Shown here: in pieces, positions 1 through 13,355 of the stretch
Position numbering within the stretch: position 1 is the stretch's first letter
Layout of the letters: each line of letters starts with the position of its first letter
Assembly: GCF_006345805.1 (NCBI RefSeq)
Contig: NC_043010.1
Location: 21,328,001-21,392,000, forward strand
Direction: 5' to 3'
Length of the DNA stretch: 64,000 nt
Source: Octopus sinensis
Lineage: Eukaryota
Translations under genes and position numbers: made by a program
The notes under the pieces: generated by a model
Seen by the model: the letters and a program-made list of their open reading frames with translations, nothing else
Told to the model about the DNA's origin: nothing
Databases searched by the model: none

Positions 1-266
1 CTAAGTTACGAGGGCACAAACAGACCAACATCGGTTGTCAAGCGATGATAGGGGGACAAACGTAGACAAAATGATACATGGGCGCATGCACACACACATA
101 TACACACATACATACGAAGGGCTTCCTTTAGTTTCCGTCTACGAGATTCACTCACAAGGCTTTGGTCAGCTCGAGGAATAATAGAAGTTGCCCAAAGTGC
201 CACGCAGCAGGACTGAACCCAGAACCATTTGGTTGAGAAGTAAGCTTCTTACCACACAACCACGCC
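1..266 (-). mobile_element. tRNA-derived SINE (family 1), cut by the window edge
   Basis: Colinear with copies at 4153, 14359 and 43125 (blocks GCTAAGTTACG, CGGTTGTCAAGCGATG, GGGCTTC..AGTTTCCGTCTAC, CTTACCACACA). tRNA-like head on the minus strand at the right end; internal CA run. Confidence 0.8.
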
Positions 267-269
267 ATA

Positions 270-354
<85 letters not shown>

Positions 355-355
355 G
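267..355. repeat. (TA)n microsatellite
   Basis: Direct reading. Confidence 0.95.
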
Positions 356-656
356 ACTAGAAAATGGAGAAAACCAAGTTTTTCGCTCTGATGAACATCC
401 GTTGCCTTAATTCGAATGCCCTATAAAGACGAAGAATCTTATTCTCACATTTATGTATAGACTGCATTTTGGCAATCTGATCAGTAATGGCCGTAAGATA
501 TGTTACGTCATGTTTTGTATTGAAATATAAGCTATAAATGTGGTGCAACCGATGTATTGGTTAATGTGTGATTTTCTCCATTTTCTAATAATTTGCATTA
601 GTTCTTAATAACAGCAACAACGATAACAACAATTATTATTATTAATAATAATATTA

Positions 657-1380
657 ATTTCATTTATTGGCCACCAAGGCCGACATATAGGGAACAATAC
701 AGTAAATGGGGACAGTGGGGATTTTATACAAAACAACGAGTAAACAATTAGGAAAATAATAACAATAAACAATAAACAAGAAAATTATAGCAAAGAAATA
801 ACCGCCAATAACCACCCAGGGTTGGCTCAGGTACCCCACCAGTTCTTGAACCACCTGACGCTTCGAGGCTAACCGGTAATGGTATCCCTCTCCTTCTCAA
901 ATTCATCAACATACAGGTACATTATTAGATTCACTCATACCGGTCATTTTCGCTACATTCCTCCACCTTTCAGCAAATGCCCTAGGCATCACTTCTCGCT
1001 GCCTCCTCATTTTCCTTTTCAAATGAAATTAGAAAAAGATGAGGGATTCGCCGACGAAAAAAGTGTCTGTATTCAGTCATGGTCTACCGTACAACCTCTT
1101 TCACTACTGCCATCAAATCAGTAGTGCACGGACATTAGACGGGTGCTTGCAGAACGGTGTCGACACTCTGTGTGCATCTCGGGTAGGTCAGTTGACAGCA
1201 CTTTAATGACTTTAGAGTTTTTTCTCGAACCGACAGTCTTCCCCGGTGGCACTGCTACGCGACGGATTTCTGGAAGTTATCCATCGGTGCCGGCTCGAAA
1301 GTCCTCAGGAACAAACTGGTCAGTTCGACTTCGCCGTCGCCCAGATCCTCTCCGAGTGCGTTAAATCACTTCCCTACCAC
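657..1380 (-). mobile_element. Tx1/L1-like LINE, decayed 3' fragment
   Basis: Minus translation LGEDLGDGEVELTSLFLRTFEPAPMDNFQKSVA*QC aligns with LGQDLGVDEEHLTRLFRTTFGPGPMDNHQRSLAWQC at 17.65 kb. 3' end GTCGGCCTTGGTGGCCAATAAATGAAA resembles that at 18.5 kb. Confidence 0.7.
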
Positions 1381-1399
1381 TAGCATAATAGTAATAATG

Positions 1400-2500
1400 A
1401 TGGAATTATAAAAGGGCAAAAGAGAGAAGTGATAAGAATGGATACAAAGACAAGAAAAATGCTGACAGTACACGGAGACTTCCACCCTAACAGTGACACC
1501 GATAGGTTGTACCTGTTCAGAAGAAAGGGTGGTTGGGGTTTGGTCAGTTGCCAGGACTGAATCGGAACCGAGGGAGACATCTTAGGGTGGTATATAAAAA
1601 ATGCCGAGGAGCCATTGCTGAAACATGCGAAGAAGACCGGCGTCATAAAAATTGAGAATTGTGTAAGGAAATAAAAATTTAAAGAAAAATGAACACACAA
1701 AAAAAGAGACAGGATGGACTGAGGAAAAATGTCTGGTCAGTTTGCAAGAGATGCGAACGCCAAGACAGATACAGAAGACTGGTGGCTGTGGATGAGGAAG
1801 AGTAACCTGAAGATAGAGACGGAAGCATTAATATGAGCAGCTCAAGAACAAGCGCTGAGGACCAACTATGTGAAGTGCAGAAGAGATAACACTTCTGACA
1901 GCGACAAATACACAATGTATGGAGTGAGATGTGAAACGATATGGCACATCGTTAGCGAATGTCCGGAATTGGTACAACGAGAATACAAAAGACGCCATGA
2001 CAATGTGGCAAGAATGATCCATTGGGAGCTCTGTGGAAATCCCGGTCTACAAAGAGCAAAGACGTGGTATGAGAAAACCCCAAAAGGAGTCACCGAGAAT
2101 AAGAGCTGCAAACTCCTGTGGGATGCAATGATTCAGTGTGATCACCTGACTAGACATTGGAAACCGGACATTGCTGTGGTCAATAAAAAAGAAAGAACAT
2201 GCATGATAATCGACATAGTCTGCCTCGGTGACAACAGGATCAACGAGAAAGAAGAAAAAATAAACAACTACGACGATTTGAAGTAGGAAATACGAAGGTT
2301 GTGGTCAATGAGGAGAATAGACGTGATAGCAATAGTAATTGGTGAACTTGGAAGTATCAGCAATCAACTACCAACATGGCTGAAAAAAATCGGTGCAAAT
2401 GTGACGGTAGAACACTTACAAAATTCAGTATTGTTTAGAACTGCAAAGATTATTCGCAGGGTTTTTGAAGCATGACCATTAAAAAAGTGTCACCTTAGAC
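1400..2500 (+). mobile_element. RLE-type non-LTR retrotransposon (R2/R4/NeSL-like), 3' fragment with stops
   Basis: DTKTRKMLTVHGDFHPNSDTDRLYLFRRKGGWGL, then a degenerate CCHC region (ETIWHIVSEC), RHDNVARMIHWELC, LLWDAMIQCD and KPDIAVVNKKERTCMIIDI (restriction-like endonuclease). Confidence 0.85.
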
Positions 2501-2579
2501 TTCTGGGTGTGGACAGCTGAGATTATCCACCATAATCAGCAAAATAAGCAGTGAGTTTTCATCACGTAATATTAATGAT

Positions 2580-3110
2580 ACGTTACAAGGCACTGGCTCT
2601 CATTGTTTCTGATCTCAACTAACTGGAAGTGTTATCATGTACATTGTTTTGTCGTGGTATAAAAGATGGTCTACAGCAAATATTTCCTCAATACAGATTT
2701 ACTTGCCAGTTGTTTGATCTTAACCAGTTGAGCATGTCCCTTAGTGGCTGATGACATATGCATCTCTGATCACGAGCAGAAGTAGTGGGGGAGCATCATA
2801 ACCATAACCATTTCTTTGGGGTTTGAATACTTCACCTCTGGAAACACGGATGTTTCGTTCAACATCCTTTAACAACCTTTTGAGCTGGATGGGTTACGCG
2901 ACGTGAAGAAAATTCTTACTGGGTCCCATCTGCAAGGCCATGCGCCGTTTATCTTGACATAAGATCACTATGTCGCGCACATATGGTTGTGATTCATGTG
3001 CCTGGTGTATCCTTCTCAGACGAGTAGCGATGATGATATACCGGGCTTCGTATATTTGTGCCTCAGTGTCACTTTGATGGCATGCACTGGTCTCTCACTC
3101 AATAGTTGTA
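2580..3110. repeat. Probable old interspersed repeat(s), unclassified
   Basis: GC-richer, SINE-tail-like sequence. No second copy in the window, so recognition only. Confidence 0.3.
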
Positions 3111-4152
3111 GTAGTCGTAGTAGAGTGGTATATCTAAACCATCGGTCATTTTTACAACATTTTCTGAAGTAGGTTAATGCTCTGAAATAATTCCAGTGAG
3201 GTCCCTAGTTTGAGAATAACGTCTTCCTTTCCCGAAACAGTGTAAGCGATGATTTCTTTTCTCTTCCCTATCTATATACTTATACGACGGAATCCTCAGA
3301 CTTTGCTTCTGCTAAATGTTACTCTCAAGACATTAATGATCCCGGAGCAACAGAGATCTGAATGGAATCAGTTAGTGTTGTCTGTTTTCACTTTTCTCTT
3401 CTGCACAGCCATCTTTTCTTTTGTATCAGCCAATAAATCAACCATAAACGTTTGGTGTGTTATAGTCATGAATGATTTATTAAAAATTACACATAACACA
3501 GAAAATCTGAACTACTAGTTGAAAGCTAAAATGTTCGTGTCTGAAGTAGTTGTATGGAGTGGGTGTAAGTGCCTGCCCATTTACACGTATTATAAAGTAT
3601 CACGTGACACGGTCAAACTCCCGCTACTGACTTGCGTGTTTTTTTTCCATGTCGACTTTTTATGTTCGGAGTTCAAATCCCGCAAGTGTCAACTTTGCAT
3701 TTCATCCTCTCTTGGTCTATAAAATACTGCACCGTTGAAATACTAGGATCGATGGCCTCAATTTCTCTCTCCCTTCAAAATTGTTTGTCATGTGCTTAAA
3801 TTATGAACCATTGTTTGTTATCGGTGTTCTTCATGCTGTGGTCGTTGTTATTATTTACCATTAGGTTAATCCCGATCACACTGACGCATCATAAAAGAGC
3901 TAGCCGGCCGTGGCCATCCCATCTTCTGAGATATATAGAAGATTATATCTAATGTGTCATTTATTTAAGAGAGCAGAGATAAATTTGAGCGATATTTCGC
4001 TGGTATTTTTAGACGGCAGAGTAACACTATAAAGTCTATGAACCCTCTTTCATTCAATTTTTCCTCGGATGCACCCTCATAGCCATTCCATGTTTAGAAA
4101 ATCCTGTTCTATTTTTAGAATTGAACATTATTAGGAATTGCATAAATATTAT

Positions 4153-4554
4153 TCTTTTACTTGTTTCAGTCACTTTTCACTGCGGCCATGCTGGAGCACC
4201 GCTTTTTAGTCGAGCAAATCTACCCCAGGACTTATTCTTTGTAAGCCTAGTACTCATTCTATCGGTCTTTTACCGAATCGCTAAGTTACGGGGAGGTAAA
4301 CACACCACCATCGGTTGTCAAGGATGTTGTTGGGGGGACACACACAAACGTACACGCACATATACACACATATACACACACACATATATATACGATGGGC
4401 TTCTTTCAGTTTCCGTCTACCAAATCCACTTACAAGGCTCTGGTCAGCCCGAGGCTATAGACGAAGATACTTGCTCAAGGTGCCACGCAGTGGGACTGAA
4501 CCCAGAACCATGTGGCTGGTAAGCAAGCTACTTACCACACAGCCACTCCCGCGC
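4153..4554 (-). mobile_element. tRNA-derived SINE (family 1), full length
   Basis: Minus-strand head GCGCGGGAGTGGCTGTGTGGTAAG...GGGTTCAGTCCC (A/B-box-like), internal CA/TA run, tail GCTCCAGCATGGCCGCAGT..CTGAAACAAGTAAAAG. Confidence 0.85.
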
Positions 4555-5104
4555 TTTGTTAAAATGTTTTGTATATTATAGAATTATAACCAATTTATTG
4601 CAGATAATTTTTAACAACAAAATCTTATATGCTCACCCAAGAGCCATAGAAACCCCGCAACGGCAGTATGGACTCCGACTGAGAAGCTCTTAGTTCAAGT
4701 AGAGGCTCGCACTTAGTTCAAGTTCTTTTACTGTGAAGATAGTATCACTTGACATTGCTGGAAATGTAATATACAGGATTTACACGTTGGTATAGATGTA
4801 AAGTTTGAAGAGAGACTGCGTTTCAGGTGATAAAGATTCGAACTAGGTTTTACGAGCTGTTGTCGTTCAATGGGAGATTAGTTCGATTCAAACAAGCCAG
4901 CGATCAACAAAATTCAGCAAGGGACAATTCATTATAGTTTTTCAGACGTAGTTATAAACTATATTATTTCATGTTTCCTTTTTATAAACATTAAAGATTT
5001 ATCTTCAATCCCTAGCGTTTCAAGCAGCGATGTAGTGGTTCCCTCGTGGAGTCAAGGAGGATCAGGCGTTGATAACATTATAGTTCCTCCGACCTGGATA
5101 AAAA

Positions 5105-5258
5105 TGATGATGATGATGATGATGATGACGATGATGATGATGATGATGGTGGTGATAATAATAATAATAATACATACATACATACATACATACATACATA
5201 CATGCATACATACATGCACACATACATACATACATACACTGGAAGCTATGCCAACACT
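5105..5258. repeat. Compound (GAT)n-(AAT)n-(TACA)n microsatellite
   Basis: Direct reading. Confidence 0.9.
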
Positions 5259-5785
5259 ATGGAATAACAACAGAAAAAAATGGTATAGGCACACGCCAGA
5301 AAAGATCACAGAAAACGAGAAAGCAACCATACTCTGGGATATGCCAATACACACAGTTAGAGAAATTAAGGCCAATAGACCAGATATAGTTGTCAGAGAT
5401 CAAAACTGCTTTCTAAATGATGTATCAATGCCGGCAGATGACAACGTTTCTCTAAAAGAAATGGAGAAACTTTCAAAATACAAAGACCTTGAAATAGAGG
5501 TAACTCGAATGTAGAATATAAAAACATAACCAATTCCTATCATAGTAGGCGCATTAGGTATGATAAAAAATATTCAGACAAATACATAAGAAAAACAGCA
5601 GGACTTACAAATATATATCTAACATACGGAAAATTGCACTACTGGGCACTGCAGACATCATACACAAAACACTTTCAATACAGTAAAAATAAGAGCACCA
5701 CAACAAATCACAACACATACCCAAGGCACACAGAGCTGCGCTCGGTATTGAAGTGAAAGCACGTTATAAAAATAAAACTACTGAA
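5258..5785 (+). mobile_element. RLE-type LINE, 3' end fragment
   Basis: KWYRHTPEKITENEKATILWDMPIHTVREIKANRPDIVVRD...KLSKYKDLEIEVTRM, followed by PIIVGALG. Same domain as 1.9-2.4 kb, different subfamily. Confidence 0.85.
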
Positions 5786-5902
<117 letters not shown>

Positions 5903-5937
5903 CTTAGGAATGACAACCCAGGTTCGGAATTTCCCCA

Positions 5938-5985
5938 AGGCACCTGATGAAGGCTGGAGGGTATATCAGCCGAAACGTTGAGTTA
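5938..5985 (+). ncRNA. Minimal type I hammerhead ribozyme motif (weak stem I in this copy)
   Basis: CTGATGA at 5944-5950, extra A, stem II GGCTG/CAGCC, GAAA at 5972-5975, palindromic AACGTT stem III with GUU site. Stem I GGCAC/GAGTT has a mismatch. Confidence 0.5.
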
Positions 5986-6406
5986 ACAACAAACAAGATG
6001 AGGACGAATATCCGTCAAATGTAAATAATGTAAATGATGTACATAATTCCTCATCTCTCAAATAAAGAACAGCTTTATATTAGTGAGAACCTATAAAAGA
6101 CGGGGGTAAATAAATGCATGAAGACAAGAGAAGCATGGGAATTCAAAACAAACGGATGAATATGCTTTAGACAGGCAAATGTTTAATGCAAGGATCGACT
6201 GTGAATTGCTCCTTTTTGGTTGTGGAGGATGGTAAGAAAGAAGAAACAAAAACAAAATAGGTTTTATTTATAGAATATCTCAATGTATATTTACAAAAGA
6301 AGCATTTTCCATTCAACACGTGGGCGGGCGCGCAAGCATGTATGATGAGGCACACACACACACACACATACAAATACACATATATATATATATGTATGTA
6401 TGTATG

Positions 6407-6450
<44 letters not shown>

Positions 6451-7586
6451 TGGAAAGAGAGAAAGATATGTATATGGCCGGAAGCGCGCGTGTGTGCGTG
6501 TATATTTACGTGCACAGACACACACACATATATAATATATATCACATACATATATATATGCGTGTGTGTGCAAATATATATTCGAATACGTGTTTATAGG
6601 TGTGTGTCTGTGTGCGTGCGTGTGTGCGTGCATGTGTGTGGTGGTGGTTGTACGCGGCCGCATAGAAACTTTGGAAGCTGGTGATTCACACCATCGTTAA
6701 ATTCCAAAGACAGTATGTTTGTGTGAGTGATCCTTCGGGCGGGAAAAAGATGAATCATTTATGTCGATTGAAGGGTCCAATGTAACGAGCGTCTCTAACT
6801 AGCAACTGCAGTAAATCATCAGGTGTTAATGAATCAAAGAAATATCGTTACCTGTATTGAGTTCTCTTCTGTCAGTCTGTACTGCCAAACATTTATATAA
6901 ACACACACACACACATACACACGCACGCTGGCGCATGCGTTACACTTGCACGTATGCATATGTAAACGTAGGAACGCATGCGTATACATACATACCTCCA
7001 GGAATGCAACCGTGCGTATACATACACACACGCATGCAGATGTACACTGCCTACACACATATGTACTTACCTACCTACCTACCTACCTACCTACCTACCT
7101 ACCTACCTACCTACCTAACTAACTAACTACATAGGCACATACATACATACATAAATAATACATACATACATACATACATACATACATACATACATACATT
7201 CTTTTAGTCACAGCTTGGACAGTAGGGTGCAGTCACTTCAATACGTTTACTGCATAAAAGAGAACTAGGAATGGTATTTATTTTCATGCCAAATACCCAT
7301 CTTCCACACGCATAATGTGGGTGTAAGAAATGTAGAATTATATATGCTGAAAAATATCCATTTACGACCATGTTCTCTCACTTACCCTTTATATCTCTCT
7401 CCATGTTTCTCCTCAAATATATAGGCCTCCAATACTAGACTAGAATCTTTAGTCAATACAATTTATTAACTTTAAGCTAATAAATATTGTTATTATTTAC
7501 AGAATTGTCACTCGTCATCGCTTCTCAATTTATCGCATATACATACATATATATGCATGTATAAAAACATGCATGCATACACACAC

Positions 7587-7636
<50 letters not shown>

Positions 7637-8164
7637 TATAATATATATATATATATACATATATCTGTCTGTCTATCTATCGATCTATGTATGTATGTAT
7701 CTGTATATCTATTTATCTATCTAGTTATCTATCTATCTATTACATACATGCATAAATGCATACACATATATACTTATATATATGTATATGTGTGTGCGTG
7801 CATTTTTGATTGTGTATATATATATATACATATAAAGCAAATAAGTAAGAAGGTTGTCAAGGTAGTGTCTTACGGCCGTTGCAAGCGGCTCCATAAAATT
7901 GAACAATGCAAGTATTACAGCGCAATCTTCAGTTGCAAAATACAATTTTTCAACATATGTACCTATATATGTATGTATAATGAACTATGCGAAAAAAAGA
8001 ATGCTTTAAAACAAACTAACATCCGAACACACGGTCGTGCCTCAAGTTAAAATATATATTTCAAGCTATTTACTAAACTGTTTCTTTTTATGCACTGTAA
8101 TATTTGTCTTCTTTTTGACTCATATTATCAAAATGAGAAGACATGTTGGCAAAGGGCTTGCAGT

Positions 8165-8485
8165 CATTCAATGATTGCAGTTTTGTGAAGGAGGATTAGG
8201 GGTTAGGGTTTTCGGCTCACAGTCGTAAAATCGTGAGTTTGATCGGGCACCGCGTTATGTCATTAAGTAAGGCACTTTATTTCACATTGTCCCACTCAAC
8301 TCAGCGAGCAGAAATGAGTTGTGCCTGTATTTCAAAGGACTAGCTTCTAATATTCTGTGAGAACCTACTTTGGAGGTACGCGTGTCTATGGAGTGCTCAG
8401 CTGTTTCCAAGTTTATTTCACGAACAGGCGGTTGTATTGAACGGTTCAACTGGAACTCTCGACATCGTAACCGACGGAGTACCTA
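8165..8485 (+). mobile_element. Old SINE-like element (family 3)
   Basis: Shares CACTTTATTTCAC, CTGTATTT and the terminal GGAACTCTC..CGTAAC.GACGGAGTACC with 33565-33842. Confidence 0.55.
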
Positions 8486-9623
8486 TTATACGATTGTTAC
8501 GTATATTGCCGACCGCGCACTATAAGGAAAAATAAAAATGTAATAAATCTCCTTCGGAAAGTACAGCTTGATATTCAACAATCCTTTTTTCTGCATATAA
8601 CAATATATTGCAGCATAGCATACAGCTGCATAGTAAGTTGTAATATCTACTAAAAGCTTGTTGAAAATGGAATGATATTGCGAAATAGCAAGCTAGCAGT
8701 TAAAATGTTTTCAGTTGACAACCACATGGTCGTGACATTGAATAAAGTCTAGTCTTCCATTAGGAAATGTAAAACAGAACACAGTAAAATCCTCTGCAAA
8801 TGGATCCTGTAATTGTTTCAACATAACAATTACCGTTGCAAAAGGGGTTTAGGGAAGAACTTTGTGCTGCTATAGAAAGGCCGATATGCCGTTGCTTGCA
8901 AGTCACAAATTATATACACAGATCTTCTCAAACAACAGGGACACGGAGATTTCAAATCCTAAAGATGATAAAAGTATATTATTACGACAAGCGAAGCAAT
9001 CTGTGCTTCTGGATTACATTAAAAGGTTTAGGGATGGAATCGGATAGACAGAAAAGCGGAATAAAGAAACAATCGAGGCGTTTGAATAATTGGAAACATG
9101 TGTGGTTGCATAATGCTAACCATTCTCGTAGTGGAATTTTACAATGAGAAAATGTCCATATAATTGTACGGATTCATGGTGAAATTAATTAGCTAGTTTA
9201 CGGTCGCATATTGCCCTCTAGGCATAATTTAAAGCGCCTCTTCAGCACAGTATCCAACAAAAAGGTGGTAATTTAAACAGATGTGTGTTTAATTTGCCAT
9301 TGGAAGAACGTGCAAATACAGGTTGGCGTTAATTTTAGCTTATGGATATTTGACAACTTAAAACTGTTTTATCACGTTGCAGTAGTAACACAGATTCATG
9401 TCTTAAAGTGACTTTCGCTATTATTTACTGCGCCTGCAGCTCATTGAATCTAAAAACTTGAGCTCCGAGAAATTCGATCGAGTTAAACGTGGAACATGAT
9501 TGAATGCAAAAATTTCCGCCATTGAGATGAGAATTAGGTCAGCCTGCTGTTTAATATTCTGCATGTAAATATATACAGGCACCAATGGAAGATCGTAAAG
9601 GAAGAGGTTAAACACATTCGATT

Positions 9624-9675
<52 letters not shown>

Positions 9676-10495
9676 ACACACATTTGTATAATATATCTCA
9701 CTATATATATATATGTGTGTGTATTAAATGCATGTGTGTGTATGTATGAGATATGTATGTATATAAGTGTGTGTATTCTTTTCTTTTCTATTCTAGGCAC
9801 AAGTGTACGTATATGTGTATATATTATATAATGTATATATTTATACGTGCATGTGTGTGTATTATATATGTATATATATAAAGATGTGTATTATGCCATT
9901 ACATAGATGTATGTGCAGTACATGTATGTCTGTGCGCATATTATATTTGTGTATATGATATACGCAGACGTATATTTAGAACTTTTAATATGTGTGTAAG
10001 CACACCTTTATGTATGTACGAATATATACATACATATATATATATATACATATCTATATATATATGTATATATATGTATATGCATATATGTATATATGTA
10101 TATGTATGTATATATATATATTATATATATATATATAGGTTATAAAATGAGATAGGGGTTGAGAATTCAACCCACCATGGGATAATATATATCCAATATA
10201 CTGCCAGATAGGTACCCAACAAGACTAATACATAGATGTTAAAAATTGTCAAACAATCAGTTCATCTATTGTATTATATGGGTAAAGGTAATAATATTAC
10301 CGTAAATTAATACTACAAAATTAGAGAATGGAGAAACATGCTTAAATCAATAAAACATCAACTATCCGATGATACCCAATCAATACTTTAATACACCATT
10401 ACATATGAGTAAAGGCATTCAAAATATACAGTAATAGTAAAAGTAAAAAGACAAAGAGATATAAGTAAAAAATTTCAAATATAATATGTAATTAA

Positions 10496-10618
10496 ATCAA
10501 AACTGACAGCTGTTTCGACAGTGAGGGCAGTCATACCTCATTTAACCTATAAGCCATAAAGGCAGGTATAAATGAGGCATTAACAAGGATGCCCCACGGC
10601 CTCTTCAGAGAATTAAAT
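10496..10618 (-). ncRNA. Type I hammerhead ribozyme (mirror copy in the left arm)
   Basis: Reverse complement of the 10878-11000 motif; stem II base has one G-U pair instead of G-C. Confidence 0.7.
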
Positions 10619-10877
10619 TAAATTTGTTATAATTGTGAAAAATATTATATAACCATATACATATAAATATAAAAATATAAAAATGTAAAATATAAAAACT
10701 TATACACCATAATGCTACACTTATATAATATAATACTCATTGGTATTATACTCCAATGAGTATTATATTATATAAGTGTAGCATTATGATGTATAAGTTT
10801 TTATATTTTACATTTTTATATTTTTATATTTATATGTATATGGTTATATAATATTTTTCACAATTATAACAAATTTA

Positions 10878-11000
10878 ATCTAATTCTCTGAAGAGGCCGT
10901 GGGGCATCCTTGTTAATGCCTCATTTATACCTGCCTTTATGGCTTATAGGTTAAATGAGGTATGACTGCCCTCGCTGCCGAAACAGCTGTCAGTTTTGAT
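10878..11000 (+). ncRNA. Type I hammerhead ribozyme, PLE pseudo-LTR type
   Basis: CTGAAGA at 10888-10894, stem II GGC/GCC with a long internal hairpin (CCTCATTTA/TAAATGAGG), GAAA at 10980-10983, palindromic ACAGCTGT stem III, GUC site at 10989-10991, interrupted stem I. Confidence 0.75.
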
Positions 11001-11183
11001 TTAATTACATATTATATTTGAAATTTTTTACTTATATCTCTTTGTCTTTTTACTTTTACTATTACTGTATATTTTGAATGCCTTTACTCATATGTAATGG
11101 TGTATTAAAGTATTGATTGGGTATCATCGGATAGTTGATGTTTTATTGATTTAAGCATGTTTCTCCATTCTCTAATTTTGTAG

Positions 11184-11222
<39 letters not shown>

Positions 11223-11435
11223 ATGTATATAGTATTAATAATGATAAGAAGAGAGATATTTACAGCATCTTTAACGGGGCCTTACACGAATTTCAGCTGC
11301 AGCTTCGGCACACTGTTCGATATGCAACTAAGCATCATGATCCTTACCATATGCCGTTTCGAAGTAAAACTGAAGAAATCAACAAAGTAAATGAATAAAA
11401 TGTTTTTAGGGAGGTGTGGGTGCCGTTATTAATAA

Positions 11436-11730
11436 TACAGTTCTATATTTAAGAGATAAAGAATTATGTACATTATTTACATCATTTACATTTGACGGAT
11501 ATTTGACAGGCATATGGCATAGTGGTTAAGAATGCGGGCTACTAACCCCAAGATTCCGAGTTCGATTCCAGGCAGTGACCTGAATAATATTAATAACATT
11601 GAAAAATACCTTAATAATGAGAACGCAGATTCGAAATTTCCCGAAGACCTCTGATGAAGGCTGGAGGGTATATCAGCCGAACGGACAAGATGATGACAAA
11701 TTTCCGTCAAATGTAAATAATGTAAATAAT
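11436..11730 (+). mobile_element. tRNA-headed, HHR-bearing SINE-like element preceded by an inverted copy of its own tail
   Basis: A box TGGCATAGTGG at 11515-11525, B-box-like GAGTTCGATTCC at 11558-11569. CTGATGAAGGCTG..CAGCCGAA at 11651-11681 has stem III deleted. Body matches 5900-6075; 11436-11505 is the reverse complement of the family tail. Confidence 0.7.
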
Positions 11731-11744
11731 GCTGTTATTAATAA

Positions 11745-12165
11745 ATGTAGGAATCTTCCGAAATAGTCACTTTGCACAGCAATACACCGGCCCCAGCATT
11801 CTTTCCACTTTTGGAATCCAGCCTGGAAGTCGTTTTCCATAAGCGTGTCGAGCACCTTCCGCCGTTCATTCTGCATCACGACAACGGTGTTAAAACGACG
11901 ACCTTTGAACTGCATTTTCATTTTAGAGGAAAGATGGAAGCCTACAGATGCTAAATCTGGCAACTAGGGCGGGTGTGAAAGCAATGCCAATTTGTCTTTG
12001 GCGAAAATCTCACGAGAGAGGAGAGCTCGGTGACAGAAAGAATTGTAGTCGCGAAAAGTTCCATTCTTCGCGCTGCCCAGAGCCGGTCGCTTTCGCCGGA
12101 TGTCCTCCCTGAAACGATTCAAAACGTCGCAGTAATTAAACGATAAAATGGAGTACATAAAATAA
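11745..12165 (-). mobile_element. mariner transposase, decayed C-terminal fragment
   Basis: Minus strand HRALLSREIFAKDKLALLSHPP, PDLASVGFHLSSKMKMQFKGRRFNTV, FQKWKECWGRCIAVQSDYF; homologous to 54.9-55.2 kb. Confidence 0.85.
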
Positions 12166-12463
12166 AATGTACTTCACATTACATAACACCAAGCTTGGAT
12201 CTGGGTTTACGAACGAACCATTTAAATGTTTATTGAAATATTTAGGCTGCTATCGCTGCCAACTTTGTCAGTTGTGCTTGTTTAAGGTATTGGCGAAATA
12301 TGTGTAATATCTCATTCCTTGTAGTCTTTGAAGAATGTTTCTGTAATGATTCCTTTGTAACTTGGTTGCATGGTAAATTGATTTAATGATAATTAGAATT
12401 AATGTTAATAAGATTCTCCTCTCTATCAACAATAGTCTACAATTGCGAAAAGTTAAATTATAT

Positions 12464-12517
<54 letters not shown>

Positions 12518-12739
12518 TATATATATATATATGCATATATGCATACATATATGTACATACCTACATATATATGTATATATACATGCTTATATGGGTACAG
12601 TACGTAAGAAAAACGTTGACCCCCTTATTCGCATAATCACCGAACCTGGAACTTAACTATGGTCTGTCTATAGCACTTACTCAGCATTACCTGACACCTT
12701 TGGGTCTCAATGACACCATTACCTCTCATAACCTCTACA

Positions 12740-12772
<33 letters not shown>

Positions 12773-13296
12773 GAGGTTACATTTTGGTAGTATCTAAACG
12801 TACAATGAGGTCAGTTCAAACTAAATATATCTCCCTCATTGTACATTTATGTATTACCAAAATGTAGCCTTTTTGAACTTATAATTTTCTGTGTATATAT
12901 ATACAGATACAATACCGATATTCCTCTGAACTTTTTAATAATTCTTTCTGTAAACTGTTTTTAACATTATCTTATTATTATCAAAGAATGTATATATGTA
13001 TTGTAATCTTTTGTACCCAATATTTTAATGAACTTGTCAAATTTTTTTATATTTTCCCAAGATTTTCCCTTGTAAACTGTTTTTAACCTGTCCTTATTAT
13101 TATCAAAGAATGTATATATCTATTGTAATATTTTGTGACAACCAGTACCTAACACAACAAAGCTTTTACATGATACTTTTGACAATCTTTTTCTAAAAAG
13201 TGAAACCGGTGAGGTAAATAAACATCTTTTAAAATTGTATTTTCAAACCTTCTTTCATATATAATTCCACTCGTGCGGTACCTTACAACTCCACTT

Positions 13297-13355
<59 letters not shown>

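Larger units (their letters stand above)
10310..11186. repeat. Near-perfect 877-bp palindrome (434-bp arms, 9-nt spacer)
   Basis: 10310-10743 is the reverse complement of 10753-11186 with no net indel; I counted about 4 substitutions. Confidence 0.95.
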
